Below are positions 1 through 12,807 of a stretch of DNA of 64,000 nucleotides, piece after piece (position 1 is the first letter of the stretch; each line of letters begins with the position of its first letter). This DNA is from Octopus sinensis (lineage: Eukaryota). Below the pieces are notes generated by a model. It worked only from the letters and a program-made list of their open reading frames with translations. It searched no databases and was not told the origin of the DNA. Where the stretch lies: assembly GCF_006345805.1 (NCBI RefSeq), contig NC_042998.1, forward strand, positions 19,468,001 through 19,532,000. Reading direction: 5' to 3'. A program made the translations under genes and the position numbers.

Positions 1-178
1 TAAAAATCCATTTTGCTCGATACAGTTCACCAGCTAAGATGCCATATAACCCAGCTTCACTATTCAATGAAATTAATATGCAAGCGATCTATATATGTTG
101 TTATACGGAACAAACGAAATTAAATTTATCCTTCATAAATCTCTCGCTCCGTCCCCTACACTCTCTCTCTGTCATATG

Positions 179-237
<59 letters not shown>

Positions 238-249
238 ATGTGTGTGTGT

Positions 250-287
<38 letters not shown>

Positions 288-353
288 TAATAACAATAAT
301 TCTAGGATGGAATTAACAACTATTATAATATATCGCTACGAGCGCTTTCACAA

Positions 354-462
354 ATAACATGACTTTAACATCAGAGTCCGTTCCATTGGGACGAGTCTGG
401 TATATTCTGTATTATCCGTACTCATCTCAAGGATACGGACTCCGATGTTTAAGTCATGTTAT
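354..462. repeat. Imperfect ~43-bp-arm inverted repeat (109-nt hairpin or tiny foldback element)
   Basis: Left arm 354-396 ataacatgactttaacatcagagtccgttccattgggacgagt matches the reverse complement of 420-462 with about 4 substitutions and 2 one-base indels; the loop is ~23 nt. Confidence 0.75.
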
Positions 463-1318
463 ATGTGATCTGTGAAAACTCGGGTAGAGATATACCAAAT
501 ATTTATGTCTTCCATCCCAGAATTATCGTTACTAGCAAATCTACCCATCTATGATGGAAGCATGAAATGACGGAGGGAAGTCATGACAGTAGTACGTATT
601 GAGAAATGTGTAAATGTGCTTGATAGATTACTGGGTGATGTTTTAGAGAAATCATATTATCTTCGTGATACAGCATTCTATTGCAGCTGTATGACATGTG
701 TTTGCGACTAAGTGACAAACTGAACTCAGCCTGTGTATCATGGATGATGACGTGGACCACGCGTATCGAAAGCCAGATCTTCCTTCGACCACTACATAAG
801 AAGTATTAAGAAAATAATGTTATTTAGATATACTTTTCGGTTTAGATGTTTACATTATTTTACGGTTGTTTATACTCTTATACATTCAAAGTTCACGAAT
901 TCCCTTATTTAAACTGTGAATCATATTCCTTTAGATAATATAAATATCATTACAAAAGCACTTTCTAGACGATATTTTCTGTTTGGTCGACAATAATTTT
1001 CAAGTTATTGGAGTCCGTTGCTCTACTCATAGTCACGTATAAATGGCCGTGTGTAAACTTTGGAGTGGGTAAAAATACACGTACGTGATCTAAATTCTGG
1101 CCGTGGCCTTCTTTGCTGTGAATGCGCAAGTGGGATCTTTAGGGTTGTAAAAAATCAACTTAGGACTTTCCTCTCACTGTTCTATGCGAATAAAATCTGT
1201 GTGTTCTGATACCATGTGATATTTTGATTGACAAATTGAGATGCAACAACAGCCGCTTTGACGATAGTCACAAAAAGAAAGTAAGAAGATTAGTGATAGA
1301 TAGATAGATAGATAGATA

Positions 1319-3126
1319 TGTTTCTTTATTAGCCACACAGGGCTGCACACAGATAGAACAAATTACAAGGTAGAGCTTTTCTTTTGAAGGTATTAAAAAA
1401 AAAAAAAAAAAGGGAAGGGGGAGGTTCGATCAAAAGGGATCGTAAAAGGAGAGAAAGAGGACAAAAATAAGTGGGGTTGAAAAAAAAAAAAAAAAAAAAA
1501 ACGGGGGGGGGAGAGGAAAAAAAAATGATCAATAGGGATCGTTATCACAGAAATGTCAATATGAAGTGTAAAGGGGAGGACAGGTGAGGTTTACCCGTGG
1601 AAAGAAAAGCCTGCGGAAAAGACCACGGTAACCTCGGTCAATGAAGTCACATTTTATATTTCTTTTTTTTTTTTTTTTTTTGCAAATAAGCAACTCTCTG
1701 TTTTCGATTTCTGGGTTCATAGGACTATGCTCAAGGTGGCTTCGTCATTCATACGTGCCATTCTTGCTACATTCACCCATCTTTTTTTAAAACATTCGCT
1801 AGACAAAACTTGCCTCTCTACTCTCACTTTCCTTTTCAAGTGGTACTTGAAGAAGTTGATGAGAGATTGACCAGAGAGGAAAGTGTTTGTCTTCAATCCT
1901 TTCAGACGCGTCCACCAGATACATTCTTTCGCCATAGCCACAAGGATGATGAAAATAGCTCTTCCTTCCCGTTTGAAGGAAGGAGGCGTGACAATATTGA
2001 CGATAGACTCAGCTGATAAACCGACTCGTCGCACACGTGACAGCAGTTGTTCGACATAAGCCCACAGGTCGGAAATTGTTGGACACTGAACGAGTGCGTG
2101 CAGAACGGTTTCGTCGCTCTGACCGCATCTCGGGCAGGTCGGCCCCGTGTTTCTCGAGCCGTGTCTGTAGAGCTTATCCCGAACGGGTAGCGCTTCTCGG
2201 TAGCACTGCCAGGCCAGGGATCTCTGGAAGTTGTCCATGGGCCCTGGCCCGAAAGTCGTCCCGAACAGGCGGGTCAGGTACTCCTCGTCGACGTCCAGGT
2301 TCGCCCCGAGCTCGTCGTCGTACCTCCCCTCCACTAAACCCCTATAGAATGCTTTGGTTGTGTTGAAGTCACTTAAGGTCGACCCAGGACGGCAGAGTTG
2401 CTTGAGAGCAACGCGACACTCGCGGTGCCATTCGCTCTTCCTCGGCCTCTTTTGATCCACGACTGCAGTTCGGTCATGGAGACGAGCTGCGGGAAAGCGT
2501 GCCTCACAAACGGCGACCACACCTGTTCACCGTCGTCTACATAGAGCCAGAGATGTCGCAGTCTCAGCGCGTGTCTGCGCATCATCAACCACGGCATGCC
2601 CAGCCCTCCTTTTAACGGGTGTTGACAGCAAATGGATCGCCTGACCATCGGGACGCATCCTTTCCACAAGAAGCGAAAGAGGATGCGTTGTAGTTTGGTG
2701 ATGGTAGGGTCGGGACAAGGTACGACGGTCAGGCGGTAGTAGATGACGGACGCGATGTACGTGTTCGCCACCTCCGCTCGACCTTTTAGGGACAGTTTCC
2801 TCTCGGCCCATTGCCGGGCGAGAGTGACCACCCTACTCGTTATCTCGTTCCAGTTCTTCTCCACTTGGAGGTCCGGATCAAACCAGACCCCGAGCAACTC
2901 AACCGGGCCGTCGGTCCAGCGTCCCACGACGGAGGCGCTGGTGGACGGCATGGGCTTGCTTCTCCAGGTGCTAGTCGCAAGCCCACTGACTTTTCCCGGT
3001 TGATTTTCGCTCCTGTCACCGCTTCGTAGTTTTTCAGTGTCTCGCCGACCAGCTCGATGTGCTCGTGGCTAGACACTATGACGGTGACGTCGTCCGCGTA
3101 TGCAGACACGCTCGTCCCGCATCCCA
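1319..3126 (-). mobile_element. 5'-truncated L1/Tx1-type non-LTR retrotransposon inserted in a (GATA)n microsatellite
   Basis: The minus strand encodes an RT motif (VSAYADDVTVIV) followed by C-terminal regions typical of L1/Tx1 ORF2, a ~400-bp 3' UTR with U-rich tracts, and an end at ...AATAAAGAAACA. GATA repeats lie on both sides (1295-1318 and 3127 onward). Confidence 0.9.
1717..3126 (-). pseudogene. ORF2 C-terminal half (RT C-terminus plus CCHC zinc finger), broken by two frameshifts
   Basis: Track ORFs 2840-3328, 2373-2951 and 1717-2520 join into one protein containing YADD, LLGVWF, WAERKLSLKGRA, PLKGGLG and CPRCGQSDETVLHALVQC. The frameshifts lie near 2965 and 2450. Confidence 0.88.
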
Positions 3127-3154
3127 ATAGATAGATAGATAGATAGATAGATAG

Positions 3155-3209
<55 letters not shown>

Positions 3210-3250
3210 GGATGGATATATAGATAGACAGATTGACAGACAGACAGACA
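3127..3250. repeat. (GATA)n/(GACA)n microsatellite
   Basis: Direct inspection. Confidence 0.97.
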
Positions 3251-3331
3251 AACACACTGACACACAGGCATATGTGTTTGGGTATGTTTCAAATTAAGGA
3301 CAAATATTTTGTAAAACTTTTTCACCAATAG

Positions 3332-3445
3332 ACGTTGGCATTCTGAGGTTGATATGCGACTGTGTGTGTTTTTTATATTTTAACGTGAATCCGAGGAAAC
3401 CTTCTGTACTTATCGCAATGTCAGCATTGAAGGCAACAATGAACG
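3332..3445 (+). CDS. Weak candidate internal exon (114 bp, frame-preserving), product unknown
   Basis: ttttcaccaatAG acceptor, G|GTAAG donor and an open frame (VGILRLICDCVCFLYFNVNPRKPSVLIAMSALKATMN). No recognisable domain. Confidence 0.2.
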
Positions 3446-4102
3446 GTAAGCTATCTGGAATCAATATAAGTAAGACTTTTGCAGGTAGTTCGTTTAACTG
3501 CTGCCTTTGAAGATGTATGATCTGATTAGAATAATACCTCCCCACCGCTAAAAAAAAAAAGCTTATGAATAAATAAATAACTAAAGTAACACGTAGAAAG
3601 AACATGGATTCCAGCCAGAAATACGTGTCAAAACGTAGTTGAAAGAAAAATGTAGTTTCCAACGTTGTCAAATTATCATGATTATATATTTTCTGAAAAT
3701 TATTAAGTTCCTTTACATTACATAACAGAGCAAATTATTTCGTTCGAAAAAAAAAATGAATTGAAATGAGAATAGAATCTTATGAATTTTTACTTAAACA
3801 TTTGCATTGATTGGAAAATGAATTTTTCAGTTATGTACTTTAGCCGGTTCTCTAAGAAATGGTAAAAGGTTTAGTAAAAATAGTGTACATCCAAATGGGA
3901 TACATCCAATTGAAATACAAGGTAATATGTCGCTTCAAAGAAGTAAGTATAATTAGTAATCTTGAAAGAGAGCACCATGGGTCCCATTTAAGTTACTTTA
4001 CTTTTAATTCTTACGAACAAGTTGTAAAAGATTAAAAATTAAAATCTTGATTTCGTATTTTTGAAATTTTGCTACGTATGCAGTGATATATTACAATAGC
4101 CT

Positions 4103-4413
4103 TTTGTACTCTAGGCACAAAGCCCGAAATTTGTAGGAGGGCGCCGGTCGATTAGATCGACCCCAGTACGCAACTGGTATTTATTTATCGATCCCAAAAG
4201 ATGAAAGGCAAAGTCGACCTCGGCAGAACTTGAACTCAGAAAGTACAGAGAGACGAAATAATATATTCTTTTCTACTCTAGGCACAAGGCCCGGAATTTT
4301 AGGGGAGAGGGCCAGCCGATTTGATCAACCCAGTACGCAACTGGTACATAATCTATCAACCCAGGAAGGATGAGAGGCAAAATCAAACTCAGAACGTAAA
4401 GACAGACGAAATA
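4103..4413 (-). mobile_element. SINE family B, two tandem headless units with tail type 2
   Basis: Each unit starts at (G)TATTTCGTCT, carries the GTTCAAGTTC/GTCGACTTTGCCTTTCATC body and ends in GGCC(T)TTGTGCCTAGAGTA. Confidence 0.8.
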
Positions 4414-4417
4414 CAAT

Positions 4418-4470
4418 GATAGGTTTCAGCCAGTATAGGCCCAGGCCATGTATAACGTAATAGCACCATT
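4418..4470 (-). mobile_element. Extreme 3'-end fragment of the CR1/L2-group LINE family
   Basis: The reverse complement ATGGTGCTATTACGTTATACATGGCCTGGGCCTATACTGGCTGAAACCTATC matches the 3' ends at 37047-37115 and 59187-59260. Confidence 0.75.
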
Positions 4471-4691
4471 ACAATATTACAATATTACGGAGAGATTGTT
4501 GCTTCATTGTTTTTTTTTTTATTTAATTTAATTTACTAGTTGAACGTACTAGAAAAGCAAACACAAGAACAAACATAACGTTTGGCAAATCTGTTAAATA
4601 TTTTCAGTTCAAGAGGTTGTAATTTTTTCCCCCAAATAAAATTGAAACATTTCAAAATATAGATTTTATTGTTGCATCTTGTTTATTTATT

Positions 4692-4830
4692 ACTACCGGG
4701 AATACCCGGCGTTGCCCGAGTTGATGATTCATCGCAAAGCTCTTTAACTTACAGAATATCTTTTCGAAAAAATCACTCAGCGAAATTTCGAACAAAGAAA
4801 ACTACCTATCTATCTATCTATATATGTCCA
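4692..4830 (-). mobile_element. Helitron-like 3' end (degenerate)
   Basis: tactaccgggaatacccggcgttgcccg is the reverse complement of a CGGGCAACGCCGGG hairpin followed by a CTAG-like terminus; compare the element at 19829-20218. The 5' extent is uncertain. Confidence 0.45.
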
Positions 4831-5144
4831 TCTATATCTTCGTGCGGGGAGGTCGGGGTATCAGCGAAATATTGTGTAACATGGATTGAATATCAAGGCT
4901 ATGTCCGGTTTCGAAAGCAATAATTCATGTCCCATTATTAGCCACCGACACATTATAATTAGGGCTGTCTTCTAGCAGCAAGCTCCTATTAATTGTAAGT
5001 AAAATATCTGCTTTGAACAGCATGGTGTACATTCAAATGATTTGTCTACAGTAAAATGTATAGTGAGATATTTAAATCAGCCGATTATACGTTGAAATCC
5101 AGACCGTTCAGGAGATTTTCCACCCGGAAAGTAATCATTTCTTG

Positions 5145-5213
<69 letters not shown>

Positions 5214-6234
5214 ATTATTATTATTATTATTATTATATATCCATTTAAATAAAATAAAAAAGCGTAATTTATAATCTAATATCTCATATTGAATACAAAA
5301 TTGAGAGAATTTCAATGATATTTAAAATATAATTATATATAATTTTGGAAATTATATTTCTGGCTGGAAAAACAGCTCGTCCAGAAAAGACTGAGAATGG
5401 GAAGTTGTAATCATTATTATTAAAGTTGTTCCCTTAGAAAAAAAAAAAAAAACAGTTAATTATAATGTATTGGGTTAGATTTGTGTTTCCTATTTCTGCT
5501 GTCATTAACAAATGACTCAGAGAAACGGTTGTCTGAATATTACCGAAATCAAAATGAAAAGCTTTGACTACTTATTCTATATTCATTAGAAGATAATATG
5601 TCGGCTTCTCACATGAAATTCCATGTTAAAATATCCACACTTGACATAAATATATATCTTTAGAAAATATTTTGTGGAAAACCTAACTATATAGTATAGG
5701 CATACAAGCATAGTATAAACGTATTATTATAATATATCCCTATATTCTGCCGTGTTATTTTTATGTTGATATGCTTAGTTTCCTCCTAAAATATAATGTT
5801 CTAATAGGACGTTAATGAAATCCTTACAGAAACTTGTTAGAAGAGCATTTATAATTTGCTTTATATAAGTGAGAGCATGTAAGATAAAGTTTCACAAATG
5901 ATATTTATTGAATAGCAATACTTGGCTCATACAATAGTACAATCCATTTCTGAGTTTTAAGTCTAAAATAATCAAATTGGTATCACCTTTCAAGTGTTTT
6001 GTGAAATAAAAATGATGAGCTGTCAAAGAGATCTTGTTTTAAATCAGCCCATGAAGTAATTCATTATGTTTTGGCATTAATTGATCCTCTCAGAGAAACA
6101 TATTCCCTTAGTGTAGCCAAATAATTAAAAGTTTAACTGATATGTTGTGGTCTCAGTATCATGTAACATAGCAGCAATATTAGTCATACTTTATGTGCGT
6201 CTGTACAACCAAACGTAAATATACATACATACAA

Positions 6235-6273
<39 letters not shown>

Positions 6274-6826
6274 CATGTTTGCTGTACGTATACGTACATA
6301 CATTCAAATATACATTATATATACATTATATATACATATATGTGTCTGTATGTATGTGTGTATGTATATATGTGTGTATGTATTTATACATAAACATATT
6401 ATATTTATATATATATATATATATATATATAAGGAGGGAGTCTGTGTGCCCGCGTGTGTGACTTTGTGTCTGTTTTGTTCACCCATTACCGCTTGAAAGA
6501 TGTTCTGTTTATTATGCGTAACTTAGCGATTTGGCAAAAATGGTCGATATAATAAGTACTAGGAGTAGGAAATTAGTCCTGAGGCTGATTACTTCGATTT
6601 AAACCCTTGAAGGCGGTGCGGCATCATGGTTATAATGAAGTGACGGAAACAGGTAAATGAATTAAAACAAAAGGAATATATATTGGGGAGAATGGATGAA
6701 AACCGGCATAATTTTTTAGATATAATTTCGCATAGATATCCTAGGATATGTTGTAGTTAATCAGTAAGTAAATATAACTGGGTTCTCTCATATCAACATA
6801 CGAGAGGACACGTTAGATGGTATAAT

Positions 6827-7011
6827 CTTTTACTCTTTTACCTGTTTCAGTCACTCGACTGCGGCCATGCTAGAGCACCGCGTTTAGTCGAACACATCGT
6901 TCCCAGGAGTTATTCCTTGTAAGCCTAGTATTTATCCTGTCGGTGGTTTTTGCCGAACGGCTAGTTTATGGGATGTAAACACAACAACATCGTCTGTCAA
7001 GCGATGATGGG

Positions 7012-7088
<77 letters not shown>

Positions 7089-7256
7089 TAAACGACGGGT
7101 TTCTTTTCGTTTCCGCCTTCCAAATCCATTCACAAGGCTTTGGTCGGCACGACGCTATAGTAGAATACACTCCCTCAAGGTGCTGTGCAGTGGGACTGAA
7201 TCCGGAACCATGTGGTTGTTAAGCGAGCTACTTACCACAGTCCCACACCTGCTCCT
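6827..7256 (-). mobile_element. SINE family A (tRNA-like head, CCTTGGGCAAG CORE-like segment, internal TA/CA microsatellite, stem-loop tail)
   Basis: Collinear with copies at 15552, 18698, 28415, 49664 and 58634. Confidence 0.85.
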
Positions 7257-8085
7257 ATGGGTCATTCCTAAAACTGAAAGTAAAAATATAAAGACTACGA
7301 TATATTTCGAATCAACAACCAAATATACGCAAAATCTTGTTTTACCTTTATGAATAGAAAATATTTTTTGGTAAGAGACAATTAAAGCCGATACTTTTGA
7401 AAACAGATCATCAAAAATGGAATTATGCCACAATGCTCAACAATGAATTTCCTTGGCAACAACCGATAAGATAGTTTAAATCTAGGGCTCTCAACTATTT
7501 CACAATATATGAGATATTTGTTCATTAAACAGATGGACCATGCTAAACATAAATCATGAGTAGAAATTTCTCTGAGGAGGAATAACAGGAAAACTCAAAA
7601 TTCGCATACCGCTATATTATTCATCATTCGTGCGAAGGGATATTATCAAGCATTACTATGATTTAGCGATAAAAAATCGTAGTCTGGAAGAATCTTATAG
7701 CATTATATTATTTGTTGATGAGACAAGTTATATGGCTATATCTTGAATTTAATTCACTATAAGCCTTCAGCTTAATCTCGTTATATTCGAAAGAAAAATA
7801 TGATTATCTGATTTGAAAATCGCTGTCTCTTTCACTTAAATATATAGAACTCTATCTCAAAACATTGAGTCATATATATCTAGAGACAAATATATGCTAA
7901 TGTGTGTGTGTATGTGTGTGTATATGTGTGTATGCACTTATGAAGGTGTATATATATATATATTTATATATGTATGTATATACATATATACATACATAAA
8001 TATATATATATACATACATACATACATATATATATATATACACATATATGTGTGTGTACACATATGTGCATATATGATACGTATA

Positions 8086-8202
<117 letters not shown>

Positions 8203-9014
8203 AGAGAAAATGCATATAAATGCCATATGTTATCGACTTATGAGATATTACTATTTCTATCGCCGTTCATATAATAATGAGATGTCTGACAACTCTTTCA
8301 TATATATGTCTACGAAGTCAATGAATGAAATTCTAGTTTCGGTTTTGATATGTCTTCTACAATTTTACACAACATACTCTTAAATCCAAACCCAATCGTT
8401 TTAAGGAAAGCTATGTTAAATAATCCCTCCTACAACGGGCACATTGACCTCAAAATCATAAAAACAAAGTCGACCTCGGTGAACTTTTCCGGCCTGCTAA
8501 AGATGTTGGCAGCTTGCCACCTTGGAGGTATATCATATAATATATGTGACGATATGTTACGCGTGACAAAATGTTGACCAATATATAGCCTAAAGCAGAT
8601 AGTATACACAGACTACCATTCTTCATATCTTTAGTGACAAGAGGGATGTTTTAGGATTAAACAGCATGAGGGACCTTAGCACGTTTACTTTTCAAATAAC
8701 ACTCTCTATCGGATAATTGTTAAAATTCTGATCAACCTAGAAAAAGGTGCTGATGGAGCAGATCTGTAATGAAAAATGCCCAAATCCTGTTATCGCATGC
8801 CCTGTGTTTGAATATTGTGGTATTTCGAGGGAAACCTGGTTACTAATTTTGGCAGTTTCTATGAACGCTGGTATGTAGCATCACAGTATATAACATATAA
8901 GAGTTGACACTGTTGAGTAATATAAAACGGTGAGGTGGTCAAGTGTGATGTGTAAAAGATTTCAAACTCTCTTTAACATATAAACAGCGGATGTGACAGA
9001 TATGTATATATATA

Positions 9015-9055
<41 letters not shown>

Positions 9056-9114
9056 TATATATTAATAAAAGTACAGTAAAAAAATTGTGAAGCATGACTG
9101 TCACCACTACTACA

Positions 9115-9159
9115 TGAACCTGAAGATTGCAAAATTTAATGCATAAAAGTACTAGTTCA
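9115..9159 (+). ncRNA. Degenerate minimal type I hammerhead ribozyme motif
   Basis: TGAAC-CTGAAGA-TTGCA(loop)TGCAT-AAAA-GTACT-A-GTTCA: perfect 5-bp stem I and palindromic AGTACT stem III. GAAA is mutated to AAAA and the stem II closing pair is mismatched. Confidence 0.5.
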
Positions 9160-9326
9160 ATCAGAATGAACATTTAACATTCTATTATTTTATTTTATTT
9201 TATTTTATTTTATTTTATTATATTATATTATATCATTATTAGATTGTAAATAAAACATGAAAATCAGACAGGGTTGGGATTCCTTTTACTAATATATTCT
9301 TCTATACACAATCACACACACCCGTA

Positions 9327-9383
<57 letters not shown>

Positions 9384-9388
<5 letters not shown>

Positions 9389-9896
9389 AAACCACCTTCC
9401 CAAAAAAACCAAGGAAGAAACAATCCTAGTTTCATTTGATGTAGTTAACTTATATACCAGTATACCTCATAATTATGGACTAGAGGCAATACAGTTCTGG
9501 CTGGACCGATTTCCGGCAGAAATACCAATAAGGATCAGTAAAGAATTCATTACTAAATCAATTGAATTCATCCTACATAATATCCACTTCATGTTTGACA
9601 ATACATTTTACCGTCAAAAATCCGGAATTGCTATGGGTACAAGGGCAGCACCAGTCATTGCGAACCTAACAATGGGCTACCTGGAAATAATCATTTACCA
9701 GAGATCTTTATCAATCGTTGGAAACCCCCTTTCTCAATACATAAAAGAGAATTGGAAACGATTCTTAGACGATTGTTTTATACTCTGGAATGAAAACACA
9801 GATAAACTCCTAACATTGAAAAATCTATTGAACAGCATAAACCCAAATATACAGTTCACAATGGAATACAAGCATTTTAGTTCATTCCTACAATGA
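9384..9896 (+). pseudogene. Penelope-like element reverse transcriptase fragment
   Basis: Motifs LVSFDVVNLYTSIP, YRQKSGIAMGTRAAPVIANLTMGYLE, WKRFLDDCFILW and LNSINPNIQFTME are typical of PLE RTs. It begins directly after a (TA)n tract and is truncated at both ends. Confidence 0.88.
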
Positions 9897-10253
9897 TACA
9901 ACCATGGAGTAAAGAATAAAGATTTTAGAAGCAAAATCATAAAATGTTTTATGAATGACAAATCAAAGCTAATCAGGCAAATTTTACAAACTTGTGACCT
10001 GAATGACTAAGTGTCATGGTATCTAAGATTCAACAGATAATTTTCTAGACTAGCAGTGGAAGACATTTTAGAAATGTAGATATTAGTTAATCCTAGATTC
10101 CTAGTCATCCTCTCTTTTTGGTTCATGTAAAACATGCCCTGCGATATTGGTATTCTTTATTGGAAAGTTCTTTTATAAAATATGATACACTCAGGTTCAT
10201 CCTATACTCAATTATTGCATATCTATTAATGCATTATGCTCATCATTATTTTT

Positions 10254-10750
10254 TTTACTTGTTTCAGTTATTTGAGTGCGGCCATGCTGGAGCACCGCCT
10301 TTATCGAAGGAATCTTTATTCAAGCGTGATGTGTAAGAGGTTTCAAATGTTCCTTAACATATTAACATATAAACAACGGAAGTGACAGATATAAATAGAC
10401 ATCGATACGTAATGAGACAAAGAACGAAATATAAAGGTTCATTTTCTGTGGAATTAATTCCTTATTCTTTCTACCCTAGTACTTATTTTATCGATCTCTT
10501 TTACCGGACCGCTAGTTTATACGAGGACGTGAAGACACCAACATCGGTGGTCAAGCGATGGTGGGGGAACAAAAAAGACACAGAAACATATATGTATATA
10601 CAGTTTCCGTCTACCAAATCCACTCAGAAGGCTTTCGTCGGCTCGAGGCTATAGTAGAAGTCACTTGCCCGAGGTGCCACGCAGTGGGACTGAACCCGGA
10701 ACCATGTGGTTGGGAATCAAGCTTCTTACCACACAGCCGCACCCGTACCT
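10254..10750 (-). mobile_element. SINE family A copy interrupted by a ~130-bp insert
   Basis: Tail at 10254-10310, body and head at 10460-10750. The insert begins with a diverged copy of 8943-9001. Confidence 0.75.
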
Positions 10751-11226
10751 ATAAAAAATAGACGAGCCACCGGTGTCGAAACTAGTCACACATTATTCAG
10801 TGTCCTGCTTTATCAGTTTGGTAAATGAAATTTGCGGAATAGCTTGCTGCTCTTTCCAGGAAATCGAGCAACCGTGTAGAGGCTATGATTTTGCTTAGTT
10901 GTTGTTCTATTGTTGTTGTTTTTTTGTACTGGTTGTAGAACGGTTGTGGCAACGCATGGCATTACTGACAGGATTTTCTGCACACGTAGAAAAAATATGT
11001 AATTGGCATCGTTGGTGAAGACTTGTGATGGCGGTGTTGGTGATGACGATGACAGCAAGCATGGCATTAGTGACATTAAAAGTTTTCAAACCTGCAGACA
11101 GCAACACAATTATTAAATAATAGTGAAGATGTTAAATCATGTCATGGAAATTTCGAATTTTTAAAACATATGATTGTAAAGAATGGTGGGGAGAGAGAAA
11201 GAATGAAAGAAAAATGGAGAGATAAG

Positions 11227-11258
<32 letters not shown>

Positions 11259-12231
11259 AGAAATTGGGTAGCATGTCACAACAACCTTTACCTCTTTGTT
11301 CATTCACGATATTTCTTTCAGCAGCGGGGATATATTGAACAGGAAAGAAGCTGGGAGATGATGACGGAATATCGAATTAGCTTAAATTATATAGTCAATC
11401 AGGAAAAGGAAAAAAAATCCGATAAAATCCAAAACCCGATTTTTAAAGAAGTTTTTAAGAAATGAAAAGAAAAAAGGAAAAGAAAAACAGTGATGAAACC
11501 AATAATGTTATTTCACATAATGTAATTGAATTGTCACTCTTCAAGTCTGCAGTAGTTTTTTCTCTTTTTCTACCTTTATATCTCATGAAATGTCTTGAAG
11601 CCGTGAAATAAAGAAATAAAAGGTAATTTTTTTTAAACGATAAAGATGAAAATAAAAAAAAACACTAATACAAATTTCCATGTTTTATATTTTTAAGATG
11701 CCACCATTTCTCACATTCTATGTACTAATTTGAATTTCGCAATGACTGTGACAAGCACACACACACGTGATGAGAGAGAGGGTGAAAGATGGCGGAAGTG
11801 GAGGGATATGATAAAGGTTAAGGCCTTGTTCTTTCGATTTTCTGCTTTAGCTTACAAGCATATTGACCTCATTTCGACCCAGATAGAATAAGCCTATGAC
11901 AAAAAACAAAAACTGTAGCTATTGTAATGACGCCATTCTCTCTTTTTGCTGTATAGTATACATCGAGATACATATTGAAAGTATCCTTTATTTTCTAACG
12001 CTAGGCTGTTTTCTTTTTCAGAGACTTGGTTTTTCAGAGACTTGGTTCTAGATGGCAAATTTAACATTTCAGCGCTTTCATTGGTTCCATCCTTCGTTGT
12101 TGTCGTTTAGGACGAGCATCCACTCACAGATGTATCGTATCAACTATATTCGTATCTTCGAAGGAATTCATATAGCATCGTGTAAATCAGCGTAGGCTGA
12201 ACTAAATATGATTTTGCATGACTTAGAAATA

Positions 12232-12807
12232 CAGAGTGTCCATAAAGTCTCTTTACAATTTAAAAAAATTATTACAAAGGCAGTTGATGAGACATCTTCC
12301 CCAGATTTGTTTTATTTTAATAATTGTTTATTAAAGTTCTTACTGATATTAATTGTTTGTTTCAGATACTCTGTTAATGGAAGTGAACTGATACACAGAA
12401 TCAGTTCCTCAATCAAACATTTCCAGACTAATGGATTGGAAGGGATGGGCCAATTCCATGGCCACTGCATTTGCCAGATATCACTCCCTTGGACTTCTTT
12501 TTATGGGGCTATGTAAACGATATCGTGTATTAAACAAAGGTACGTGATGTTGCTGACTTGAAGCAAAGGATTCGTAATGCCATTGCCACCGTTGATGATG
12601 CTATCCTACCGCGAACATGGCAAGAAATCGAGTACCGTCTTGATGTGCTTCGCGCAACTAATGGTGCCTATATTGAGGTCTGTTAAATAACAGTTAAACA
12701 AACTTTAATAAACAATTATTACAATAAAACAAATCTGGTTAAGATATCTTGTCAACTGCCTTTGTAATAAAAATTCTAAATTGTAAAGAGACTTTATGGA
12801 CACAATG
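12232..12807 (+). mobile_element. Internally deleted Tc1/mariner-superfamily (Tc1/Tc3-like) transposon
   Basis: ~100-bp TIRs begin cagagtgtccataaagtctctttacaattt, with TA on both sides. The interior translates (with frameshifts) to WIGRDGPIPW...ITPLDFFLWGYV.DIVY...IRNAIATVD, the C-terminus of a DD(E/D) transposase. Confidence 0.9.

Noticed and set aside
10813-11107. ORFs of 66-87 aa with a plausible acceptor site
   Set aside because: No recognisable domain, stops in the competing frames and no matching donor; could be UTR or non-coding but cannot be supported.
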